Shown: piece by piece, positions 51,226 to 63,300 of the stretch
Layout: the number at the start of each line of letters is the position of its first letter
Position numbering within the stretch: the first letter of the stretch is position 1
NCBI RefSeq assembly: GCF_964213995.1
Contig: NW_027590469.1
Span: 1-64,000, forward strand
Length of the DNA stretch: 64,000 nt
Direction: 5' to 3'
DNA from: Mustelus asterias
Lineage: Eukaryota
The notes under the pieces: generated by a model
Database searches by the model: none
Told to the model about the DNA's origin: nothing
The model's input: the letters and a program-made list of their open reading frames with translations, nothing else
Position numbers and translations under genes: made by a program

Positions 51226-52859
51226 TACCATTACCAAACGGGGATCGCTTGATCGTCAGTCAGATGTTCGACCACTGAGCTCTTAGTTAAGAGTCTAAGG
51301 CTCCTCAGTTAGCAGTCTGCGCTTAGGTCCGTCATGTTCTTGGTCCACCGTGGAGGAAGCTCGAGGGGATAGTTTCTATCCCGCATTCTCTCACAATTAC
51401 TGGTTTCTCTATGGAGTCGGAGAGTTTAGTGTTTCATTCACCGAGAAGTTTTCTTATCATTTGGCTGAGACTTGAATCCACATCTAGGTGATATTTAAGG
51501 AAGAACAAGGTGATATTTAAGGAAGAACAAAGAAAACTAGAGGACAGGAACAGTCTCTTCGGCCTTTCAAGCCTACCAACAATGCTGCCCGTCTGAACTA
51601 AAGCCCCCTGCCCTTCTGGGGAACATATCCCTCTATTCCCATGCTATTCATGTGTTTGTCAAGGCATCCCTTAAAAGTCACTAGCGTATCTGCTTCCGCT
51701 ACCTCCCCCGGTGGCAAGTTCCAGACAACCACCACCCTCTCTATTTGTGAGTTTGCACCATTGCCACCCAGATTTTACCAAGCATTACCATCTTTACCAT
51801 CAGCTTTTTGAAGTCTATAACTGTCCTTCTCTTTCCCTGCTTGTTAATGACCTGTGTCCCAAGTGGCGAAATGCCACTCAGACACGAAACTACAAATCTC
51901 ACATCACTGAATCGGGCAGAGCTGTTTTCACTCAGGAACCAATTCACTTTTGATTAACAGGTTATCCAAAACATTAAATCTTAGTATATCGAAGCCAATC
52001 TTTGACCCTGAAAGCACTGAACCCTAATCATTCGACCAGCAGAATCTCATCTTCCTGATTCTCCAAGACACTGATTACAGGAACGTGCACAGTGCCAATT
52101 ATACACAATCACACACTCCTTCCAGTCTTGTGCACGTTGTTACAATTTGATCTTGTTCATCTTTTGACATTACGCCCAGTGTGACGAAAACAGAGAAGTG
52201 AAAATCTAATGTTGTTCAACAGATGCATCACAATAAACTTTCCAACAGGTTGATGCTAACATTGCTCCTTGAATATGGTCAGCTCCAGTTACAGTTAATG
52301 CAGCAGAAGGCAACATACTTATTTTGAAAGGAGGAAGCAACAAGGACAATAGCAATATGAATTGCTGTGGGTAATTGAGAAATGGGGCTAACTTTTCTCC
52401 CTGCTGTTCAAACTAGCACAAAGATCTCTCCTGGTATCGATCGGATGTAATTTCAGCTCTTCTAAATTCCTGTGCTGCATGAGACCAGTCAATTGTTAGC
52501 CCCTGACTGGGAATCGAACGCGGGCCTCGGGTCTGGCGATTATTGAGCCAATGTGTGTTTGTATGTATGGATGTATTTTGCGAGAAAGATCTTGCTGCCT
52601 TGTTCCTGACCTCCATCAGTTCCATGATGTAACGGTGAGATCACTGCACATTGATTGCAGGCAGTGTTGTTCTCGTCTTCGCACCTCTTGTTTAAATTGG
52701 AATAGACGAGTGATTGAAAGACAGCTGTAAGAGGACCCACTGCCATCTGTGGCTTCTCTACCTCTGAGCATTTTTAACGAATTAGCCATTGTCCTCTTGG
52801 GCTGATGCAGAGATGCCAGGAGAGTCATTAGCTGCATCGCCTGCAATGTGATTCACAGA

Positions 52860-53880
52860 TTCACGGAATCACAGGATATTACAGTGTCGAAGTGGCCTTT
52901 CGGCTCATCGAGTCTGCAGCGACGCATGAAAGGCCCTGACCTGCCCACCTAATCCCATTTGCCAGCAATTGTCCCATAGACTTGGATGTTTTGGCTTGCC
53001 GAGAAAAAAAATCCAGCTCTTTTTAAAGGATGTGAGGGATCCCACCTCTATCACCCTCCCAGGCAGTGCATTCCACACTGTTACCACACTCTGAATAAGA
53101 AAAATGTTTTTCCTCACATCCCTCCCCCCAAACCTCCCGCTCCTCACTTTTAGATTGTATCCCCTCGTTACTGACCCTTCAACAAAGGGGAATAGCTGCT
53201 CCCTATCCATCCTGCCCATGCCCCTCATAATCTTGAACATCCCAATCAGGTCGCCCATATTCTCTGCTCCACTGAAAACAATCCAAACCGATCCGATCTT
53301 CTTTTGAACTTAAATGTTCCATCCCAGACAACATCCTGGTGAATCTACTGCACACCTTCCAGTGCGTTCACGTCCTTCGTATAATGTAGCGACCAGAACA
53401 GCAGATGGTACTCCAGATGTGGCCTCGCCAAAGCTCTATACAACTCCATCATGACCTCTCTGCTTTTGTAATCGAAACCCCGACTGATAAAGGCGAGTGT
53501 GTCTCCTACTTTTTCGCCACCTATTAACCTGCCTTTCTGCCTTCAGAGATCTGTGGACAAACACGCCAAGGTCCCTTTGTTCTTCCGAACTTCCTGGCGG
53601 CATTTCTTTCATAGCATACTTCCTTGTCAAATCACTCCTCCCAAAGTATATCACCTTACACTTTTCAGTGTTAAATTCCATCTTCCACTTATCTGAGCAT
53701 TTGACCACCTCGTCTATATCTTCCTGTAACTCAAGACACTCAAACACACTGTTAATCACTGGCCAAATCTTTCTGTAATCGGCAAACCGACTGATTCTAC
53801 ACGTACCGCCCCCCCCCGCCCCCCCCCCCCCCGACCACATCACATAGTCATCTATGTCATTTCGATAAATGACGAACAAT
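52860..53880 (-). mobile_element. CR1 LINE 3' fragment
   Basis: ISRFAD...WKMEFNTEKCKVIYFG...RDLGVFVH. Confidence 0.85.
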
Positions 53881-53984
53881 AGAGGAATTTCCTGAAGTTT
53901 CCTGAGTGCTTATATTTCTACTTTCTGAGGATTGAAAAAAACCTTGAGCAAACAAATTTAGCAAAGAAAACCAAAGTTGAATGG

Positions 53985-56620
53985 GAATTTGAAGTCGGAT
54001 CGTTGGATTCCGAGGTAAGACTGCTTACCAATTCACCGCAGAACCCAAAACGCAGGAGCCAGCTGGAAATGGGGAATCAAACAATTTGACCTCTTTCATT
54101 CAATGTTGCAGCAACAGCAAGTGCGGCAACATGTCGTTATGCGCCACCATTGACATGCGCAAAAAACTCTCAAGAAACTGCCCCCCAAATCCACAGCAAA
54201 TCATTTCTTCCCAAGCCGTATCGGGAGATATCAGAAGAAATAGCCATGTCTCAAAGGGTCAAATGCCGTGCATTAGTGTCATACAGATGCGGCCCATCGG
54301 CCCTTCGCGTCTGCACCGGCCAAGCAACCAGCTCGCCAATATTTGTATCATCTGCAAACTTACTGATGAAGCCTCCTGCAATAAAAATCTAAACCATTCA
54401 TATAACTCACAGATGCAAGGGCCCCAGCAGTCATCCCTTTGTGACCATCTGGACATTGGCTTCCAGTCTGAAAAACTGCCCTGGAATATCACCCTCTGTT
54501 CCCTGTCACTCAACCAATTTTGGATCAATCATAGCAAAATTCCTGGGATCCATCAATGTTGTCACACTTACTGTTTCTGCCACATTGAATGAAAGAGGTA
54601 AAATGCTTTGAGTGGTCATTTGCTGTTGGGTTCTGTGATGTAACTGTGAGCATTCTGAACTTTGAATCTAGTGATCCGTGTTTAAGTCTCCGCGGAACCT
54701 TGTTTTTTTTTGCCAATGTTGATGTCTGATTTGCTGATGAAGATTTCGTCTAATTTTCTCACACAGTACAAATAGAGAGGACAATTTGTCAGCCAGTTCA
54801 ATTGCCTTTACAATTTACATTGCTGAGCCTCTGGTGCCAGATACCTGCAATATCAATGATTCTCCAACTTTTCACTACACGTTAACACCTCTGTTGAAAG
54901 AAATAAGCAGTTGGTGTCAAACAACAACAACCACTCGACAGGAGCCTGGCTATAATTGAGCATGTGTGCGTGTGTGTGTGTGCATGTTTTGGGAGAAATG
55001 CCTCGTGGTTTAGGCACGGGCCATGTCGATTCCATTCTGTAACGGTTAGCACTCTGCACTTTGTATCCAGCAATCCGAGTTTGAATCTCGGTGGAACTAG
55101 GATTATTATCGTCCCAACTCTTGTTTAAATTGGGAAATGTGACTCAGTGAATGACACCAGTAGGGTCAACTCCCACCCTCTCTCGCTTTTCTGGCATTGT
55201 GGCACAATGGTTAGCACCGCTGCCTCACAGTGTCAGGCACCGCGGTTCAATTCTGGTTTCGGGTGAAACCACTATCCTCATCGTTCCATCGCTTATTGAG
55301 ATTGGGACACCAGTCGGGGACCCCTGCTCTCTGTGGTTTCTCTGCCGTGGAGCTCTTTTATTCTTGAGCAATCATCCTCCAGAAACCGTACAGTGCAGGA
55401 AGAGGCCATTTGGCCCATCGAGCCTGCACCGACCACAATCCCACCCAGGCCCTACCCCCATAAATTTACCCACTAACCCCTCTAACCTACGCATCTCAGG
55501 ACACTAAGGGGCAATTTTTGAATGGCAAATCAACCTAACCCGCACATCTTTGGACTGTGGGAGGAAACCGGAGCACCCGGAAGAAATAACGCCAGGAGAG
55601 TCATTCGCTGCATCGTCTGCAATGTTATTGGAGTGGAATTTGCTGAAATTTCCTCTCAGTTTAAAATTCCACTTCCTGAGAATTTTACATAAATGGCCTT
55701 CAGCAAATCAATCATCAGCTTTAACAAGGAAAATAAAATGTTTCACTGAGATCTGAACTTCGAGCACAGGATTCGGATTCCCGAGTGCTCACCATTACAC
55801 CACAGAACAAAGAACACTGCAGCCAATGCATGTGACCTCTTTCATTCAATGTGGCAGCAACAACAAGTGAGTCAATTGATTTGTGTGACCATTTGCAGGT
55901 GGTTGCTATGTTCCAGGTTCTCTGGTCGAATGATGAGCACTCTGAACCCAGCGAACCGAGTTTAAATTTAGGCAGATCCTTGCTTTTCCTTGCTTTTGCT
56001 GAGGATTGATTTGTTGAAGTACATTTTGTTTACATTGCACACAGAGTACGAATCGGGAGGACAATCTTTCAGCCAGTTCAACTGCTATTACAATTCACAG
56101 TGCTGAGCCTCTGGCGACAGATCCTTGCAACATCAATGCTTTTCTTCAGCTTGTCGCTACTCTTTAACTCCCCTTTTGAAAGAAAGGAGAAGTTCTTGTC
56201 ACAAAACAACAACTATTCGACTGGAGGCTGGCAATTATCGAGCAGTTGTGTACGTGTGTTTTGTTGTGGGGAAAGGTCTAATGTCTCAGGTTAGAGTGCT
56301 GTCAGTTCTATGGTGCAACGGTTCACACTCTGTATTCCCGCTGTCCCAACTCTTGTTTAAAGCGGGACAAATGAGTAAGTGAATGACACCTGTTGGTGGA
56401 CTCCCTTCCATCTCTGGGCTCTCTGCCTCTGAGCGCTTTGTATTATTGAGCAATTGTTCCTTGGGCTGATGCAATGACGCAAGGAGAATCATTTGCTGCA
56501 TTGTCTGCAATGCGATTGTGGTGAAATTTGCTGAAATTTCCTCAGACTTTAATATTCCACTTTCTGAGAATTTTAAATTAAATGTCCTTCAGCAAACCAA
56601 CCTTCGGATTTAGCAAATAA
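53985..56620. repeat. Array of tRNA-Gln-bearing local duplications in both orientations (relics near 53985, 54630, 55030, 55740, 55910, 56305)
   Basis: For example 55030-55098 TTCCATTCTGTAACGGTTAGCACTCTGCACTTTGTATCCAGCAATCCGAGTTTGAATCTCGGTGGAACT; flanks shared with 37620-38600. Confidence 0.75.
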
Positions 56621-56703
56621 AGCAAGATTATGGAAAAGACTAATCATGAACAATCTTGTGCGGATAACACATGAGCCAAACCGTAACAAAATAGTTCAAT
56701 TAC

Positions 56704-56959
56704 CAGTAATCACAGTCAGCAAGGTGCTACCTCCACAGTGCTCCGGGTTCATGAGCCATGAATTTGTACACGGTCTGCAGCAACACGCGCCACTGTCTTC
56801 AACTTTTAGATTCTTGATACGCAAAGAAAATGCATGTTCTCTTTTTTTGACCGATTCCACACTGCGCCGGCCAATCGATATGAAATCCCGGCCTTTTGAG
56901 CCAGGCGGTGTCCAAGACGCATAGGTGCAGTAGAGTGGCTTGGAACCATTAAAGACATA
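56704..56959 (-). pseudogene. 5'-truncated, already-joined NAR-type (IgNAR or NARTCR) V(D)J exon
   Basis: ISIGRRSVESVKKREHAFSLRIKNLKVEDSGACCC-RPCTNSWLMNPEH-CGGSTLLTVIT followed by phase-1 donor GTAATT; matches the VNAR pattern ISIGGRYVESV...FSLRI.DL.VEDSGTYYC...GGGTxLTV. Confidence 0.85.
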
Positions 56960-57375
56960 GGGCCCGATTTTACCATTTAGAGACGAAGTGCCGGGTGCAA
57001 GCGTCAAATAGACCCGAGCCCGGAGGCCGCGCTCCAGCGCGCCCATGCGCATTTTTTCGGCGCCGGTCCAGTGGGCGGGGCTTAACGCCGCCGGAACGAT
57101 CTGACAGAACGCCCCCGGGCGCGAAAGAAATGCAGACATGGAGAGAGCCTCTCTGCCGTTCATCCTCTGGTCGGGGGGGGGGAGGGGGGGGGGGAGGGGA
57201 GGCGGGGAAGGGGTGTGAAGTATCATCCCCTGGGGAGGGTGGGAGGGGAGGGGGTGTGACTTATCATCCAGTGGGGTGGTGGGAGGGGAGGGGGTGTGAC
57301 GTCTCATTCCTGGGGAGGGGGGGTGGGGGGGGGGTACCCAACCTCCCCCGCCCCAGGGGAATCGCGCCAGTCCGC
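56960..57375 (+). mobile_element. GC-rich interspersed-repeat end (possibly a non-autonomous PIF/Harbinger element) with three tandem units of about 40 bp
   Basis: Begins GGGCCCGATTTTACC exactly where the NAR-like V is cut; GGGGTGTGA..CATCC units at 57205-57320. Confidence 0.35.
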
Positions 57376-60300
57376 TAGGGTGCACAAGTCTGCTGTTATG
57401 TCTGGGTCAATCAGTACCCCTAGGGGCACTTCAGGTGTGGACAAGGCACTGGGCTGTAGTGTGGTAGGGGTAAGGGTCTGGTCTGAACCTGAAAGTGAAT
57501 GAGAAGGTGTCCGAGGAAATACATTTCCTGGGTGGGGTCATTCCGGTCGCCTCGTGTCATCCTCCCCTATCTCTATTGAGAGATGGTGGAAGTGATTATT
57601 CTGAGTCCCGTAAGCTTCAGTTGATTGACGTGGAACCAACCAGTTTTCCCCTTGGTGATTAGGACTTTATACGCTGAGGGGCTTATTTTTTCGACGATGG
57701 TGTGCTGACCTGCATATCTCGGGGACAAGAAAGAACTGGGGTTGTTGAGGGAAATCATTACCTGCTGGCCAACTGTATATTCTATCGGGTGTACCCTTTG
57801 ATCGAAATATGCCTCGCTCTGTTTCTTTTTAACTCCTCGTCGGACAGCCGCGGCTAACTGTGCTGCTTTAATGTTTTCGGTTAGCTGCTGGACGGCTTTC
57901 TCGTGGGTAGGCTGTGATAGCAGGCTCAGTTAAGTCAAACCCCAATAAATATTCAGCTCCCCTCATAGGTCGGCCAGTCATTAATATGTGGGGGGTGAAT
58001 CCAGTAGAACTGGAAACGGTGTTATGTACCATCATGAGGGCAAAGGGAAGTACTGTATCCCATGTTGTGTTGTTTTGCTGCAGTGTCTTTCTAATGATCC
58101 CTTTTAGTGTTCGGTTCATGCGCTCTACGATTCCACTGGATTGTGGATGGTAGGCGATATGGAATTTCTGCTTAATACCAAATATAGCCATAACGTTCTG
58201 CATCACTCGCCCGGTGAAATGTGTCCCTTGGTCGGACTCTATGCTGCGGGGAAGACCCGAGCGTGTCAACACCTGCTGGGCTAATAACTTTGCGGTGGCC
58301 TTAGCTGTGTTGGACCTCGTGGGGAATGCCTCGACCCATTTGGTGAAAGTGTCTATTATTACCAGAACGGATTCAAATCCATTCCTACATGGCGGTAGTG
58401 GGCCGATATAATCAATTTCGAGATTTGTCCAGGGGCCTTCTACTGGGCTTAGCTCCTCTTTTCTGGCATCCCGATCAGGGTTGTTCTGGGCACAAAGTAA
58501 ACAATTGTCGATATAATAGGCAACATCATCGTGCAGTTCGGGCCACCAACATAATTCTTTTAATCGCTCGGTTGTTGCCTTGATGCCCTGATGGCCGTAT
58601 CCGTCATGGTATGGTAGATGAGTTGATTTCTGTCCTGGGTATGGGATACGTATGTGCCTGCTTTTAGTATCAAACCATCCTGAATCTGTATTTTGTCTTT
58701 CCACTTCTCATATGGAGCTGGGTAGACTCCTAAAATTTGTTGAAGGGAACTGTCAGTGCACTACGCCTGGACCAGGTCAGCTATATTAGTTTGGCAAATG
58801 GTCACAGCGCTTACTCGCTCTCCGACAGGTGGCTGCCAAAACTGTCCCGTACCAGCACCGGCTTTGGCTAAGGCATCAGCCTTACAGCTACCAGGTGGGG
58901 AGGTCCTAAGGTGGCTTCTAACCTTAATGAGTCCACATGTCCGCCCTTCGGTGGCCTGCAGAACGTATTTTAATAAGTGGGCTGACGGTAGGGGCTTTCC
59001 GTCCGCAGATACGAAGCCTCTGGCTTCCCATAACGGTAGGAATTCAGTCAGGCTGTTGCACACGTACATGCTATCGGAGTGTATGTTGGCAGGGGTTGGA
59101 AATAGGTCAGAGTGACTCACTACGTATGTGACTGCTGCTAGTTCGGCAGCTTGAGCACTCAAATGGCTGGGTAGCTTGAGGGCGAGTCCTATTAGTGGAT
59201 GTCCCTGTTGATTTTCTACATTAATGCCACATCCTGTCATTCTGGTCCCATTCTTAATGGTGGATGAACCGTCTACATAAATTCTCATGGCTGAGTCTGT
59301 CCGGAGGTGGCTGTTTGTTTTGTCCCTGATCGTCTCTCCTGTTGTTTTGGAATGAACGGACCTGTGGGGTCCTTTGTTTCTCTAACCTGACACTCATGCG
59401 GATCTCCCACATAACTTAAATTATCTGCCAGGAACGTGGGCACCTTAGTTCGCTTTACAGTGATGTCCCTCCCCTGGAGTAGTAGTGTCCAACGGGCAGC
59501 GCGGACCTGGCGTACTGAGCCATCTTTAAGGTGGCCATCCAGCAGAAGCTGTGTTGGGGTGCGTTCAGTGAGGATGGTTATTGGGTTCAGTCCGATGATA
59601 TAGGCGAAATGCTGTACGGCCCAAAATACCATGAGCAGGTGTCGTTCACACCCGGAGAAGCCCTGTTCGACTGGGTCCAATACTCGTGAGTCATCGGCTA
59701 CAGGGCCTGGTCTATCATGTTTTTCTTGTAATAATGCTGCTGAAAGTGTGTGGTCGGTGGCTGCAACTTCTAAGGCGTATGGTAGATCTGGGTCAGGGAC
59801 TAGTAAGGCTGGCGCTGTGGCGAGGGCGCGCTTTAAATCGGTTGCTGCAGCTGTGTGCTGCACAGTACACTTCCAGATCGCGTTTTTCTTTAGCAATTCG
59901 GAAAGTGGGGTTGCCTTGGTGGCGAAGCCGTCTATATGGTTCCGACATTACCCTACTAGACCTAGGAAAGATCGGAGGGCACTCAAATCTCGGGGCAGTG
60001 GATGGTGTACTATGGAGTCTATCGTTTTCTGTTCAATCTCCCTCTTCCCATGGGTAATCACTGTACCCAGGTATATAACCTCGGGTTGCAAACTTTTGGT
60101 CTTTTTGGGGTTGACTTTGCAGCCTAATGAGTGGAGCAGTGCGAGTAATTCATCCAGCAATGTTATATGTTCCGCTTCGGTGTTTGTCTGTAACAATAAA
60201 TCATCCACATATTGGATCAAGCACTCGGGTCGGGAAAACGTTTCTCGTCCGGTAGCTAGTCGCCTGTGAAAGATGGACGGGGAATTATGGAAACCCTGTG

Positions 60301-63300
60301 GGAAGCAAGTCCAAGTGTATTGCTGTCGTTGGAATGTAAAGGCAAATTTGTACTGGCAAGACCGATTTAAAGGGATGGACCAGAAGCCGTTACTAATATC
60401 TAGCACCCTTTAAAACTTTGCCTGGGCTCCCTGTCTCATCATGGTGACGGGACATGTGGTTACTGTGGGGGCCATGAGTGGGGTAACCTTATTTAATTCC
60501 TGGTCGTCGACCGTTAACCTCCATGATCCATCTACCTTCCTCACGGGCCATATCGGCGCATTATTTGTGGATGCCACTCGTATCAAATCCCCCTGCTGTA
60601 ATAGACTATCAATTACTTTGGCCACCTCCCCCTCTGCCTGTCTGTGGAAACTGTATTGTCTCTGTGGTTTCGGATCCGGTCCTTCAACTAACATCTCCCC
60701 AGGAATCTGGCCACAATCATGTTTGTGCCGCGCAAACACCCCATTGTTTCTTTGAAGCACCTCGCTGACGGCTGGATCACTGCTAATCATTAAGGGATCA
60801 AACCAAAATTTCCCTATTGTGCTAACCCTATTAGCATATGTCCCGGCTGGGATTATTGATGGCGCTCTGCTAATCGTAGTCAACTGCCAAATGCATCGAT
60901 TAGCTGGATCGAATGAAACATTACATTTATTGATATAATCGGACCCCAGGACGTGTTCAGCACTTAGGGGAAGGTCAACTAACACTACCGGATGGTCACA
61001 CACCATGATACCTAGACGGACCTGTACAGGGCTTATAATGCATCCCTCTTGCATGTGTCCTTTGAACCCACTGAGTGTAATTGTGCCCGTAGTTGGCCAA
61101 GGGATGTGTATTTTTAATTTTGATACATTTAGAAGCATTGAAACATAGAAACACGACAGCACTATACAGGCCCTTCAGCCCGTAAAGTGTGCCAAACATG
61201 TCCCTACCTTAGAGATTACTGGGCTTATCTATAACCCTCGAGCGTACTACGTTTAGGGTAGTTCGGGAGCCTCTGGTATCCCAAAGGAATGGCCTCTTAC
61301 ATCGCCGTTAACTAGCGGTCTCCCTACACTATCCCACCTGGTGCTACAGATCCAGGTTGGGGCGGCCGGGCACCGTGAATCTGGGGTTCAATAGGCAGGG
61401 ACAGTTGCATACAGTGATGGCCTCGTGCTTAAGGTATGCACGGGGTGCCGGGACCTTCCATTGGTGGTGGGCGGTGTTCTCTCTCATGCCGAGGAGCTGC
61501 CCTAACTGGTGGAACCGGTGGTCCTGGTCGTCTCAGGGACCATGTATATGGTGGCGGGGGTCTCCTACAATCTCGAGCAAACTGCCCTGGCTGCCCGCAA
61601 TTAAAACATAGATAGAACATAGAACAGTACAGCACAGAACAGGCCCTTCGGCCCACGATGTTGTGCCGAGCTTTATCTGAAACCAAGATCAAGCTCTCCC
61701 ACTCCCTATCATCCTGGTGCGCTCCATGTGCCTATCCAATAACCGCTTAAATGATCCTAAAGTGTCTGACTCCACTATCACTGCAGGTAGTTCATTCCAC
61801 ATCCCAACCACTCTCTGCGTAAAGAACATACCTCTGATATCCTTCCTATATCTCCCACCACGAACCCTATAGTTATGCCCGCTTGTAATAGCTCCATCCA
61901 CCCGAGGAAATAGTCTTTGAACGTTCACTCTATCTATCCCCTTCATCATTTTATAAATCTCTATTATGTTTCCCCTCAGCCTCCTCCGCTCCAGAGAGAA
62001 CAGCCCTCGCTCCTTCAACCTTTCCTCATAAGACCGACCCTCCAAACCAGGCAGCATCCTGGTAAACCTCCTCTGCACTCTTTCCAGCGCTTCCACATCC
62101 TTCTTATAGTGAGGTGACCAGAACTGCACGCAATATTCCAAATGTGGTCTCACCAACGTCCTGTACAGTTGCAGCATAACCCCACGGCTCTTAAATTCCA
62201 ACCCCCTGTTAATAGAAGCTAACACACTATAGACCTTCTTCACAGCTCTATCCACTTGAGTGGCAACCTTTAGAGATCTGTGTATCTGTCTGTGTACCTC
62301 TGTGTATGTTTGTGTATGTCTGTGTATCTCTCCCTGGGGCTGCTGTGTAAGGTGGAGCTGTACCTCTCTGATTTGGTGATCCCCTCTACCCTCGTTTCCC
62401 CATACTGGACCCTGGCTAGCCCTCATCGGAAGCATTCTCACCTCGCTTTCTGACCGTGACATTGGGTTTCCCTGAACTTCCTGTTCCCAGACTCGAGCTA
62501 AGCGTCAGATAACCCATGTTTTATTGTGTGTGGTCACTGCGGGGTCAAAATTAACGCAGGCTTTCTTGCCTTCCTCTTTGGTGGGCGAGACTACTGTCCT
62601 AGCCCATTTGGATTAATCAGCTTCATTTAATCTTGCCCGATCTAATTCGCCATACACTCCTGGTGAAGTGGATCTATAAACGACCGGCAATGGCAGTCGG
62701 ATGCTCCACTTTCCTGTGTCTACATTTATTTAACCGTTCTACAGGAAACCCTTTATTAAACCCTATCGCGGTCAATATCGCTTCCTGAATTTCGTCTGAG
62801 GTATCTTCCCCGACATTTTGAGGGGCTGGCAGGGCAGACCGTACAGACTTGCTTAAGCACATGACTATCAGATTCACCTCTTCCCTTTCATCTCGCTCAT
62901 GCATTAACTTCTGCTGCCTCACGTCCTCAAAGAAACTGTGTGGATCAGCCGAAGGCTCAAAGGTTGTGATTTTATTTGCGACTTCGGCCAATTGTGCCAC
63001 GGTAAATGGGGTTGTATGTAACGGCTGGGGCCTGAGACTCTCCGAACCGAAGTTCAGCCGTCACTGGATGCATCGGTACTGGAGGTGAATCTGGGTGCAC
63101 AGTGGGTATGACTTGCCCTGGGAAAGATGGTGGTGGACCCCAATCCTCGGTTTGCATAACGTAAAGGATAGCATTCTCCTTTAACTCTCCCCAACCCGCA
63201 TTCTCTATCTCCTCTTCCTCTACTGTCCCGAAGGTTCACATAAATCCGTTCTGAACGGATAATAGGGATTCCAGCCCTGAAACTTCTCGCTGGCATTTGG

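Noticed and set aside
51486-51529. 22-bp perfect tandem duplication AGGTGATATTTAAGGAAGAACA
   Set aside because: Only two copies, abutting a CR1 tail; ordinary slippage or insertion scar
56734-56740. CACTGTG (minus strand) just before GGSTLLTV as a J-RSS heptamer
   Set aside because: No nonamer at 12 or 23 bp; it overlaps the in-frame His-Cys-Gly codons of the joined exon
56696-57385. 229-aa ORF as a single gene
   Set aside because: Chance fusion of GC-rich repeat sequence with the NAR-type exon remnant
61689-62462. 257-aa ORF as a novel gag-RT fusion
   Set aside because: A CR1 3' end inserted into the LTR element's gag, in frame by chance
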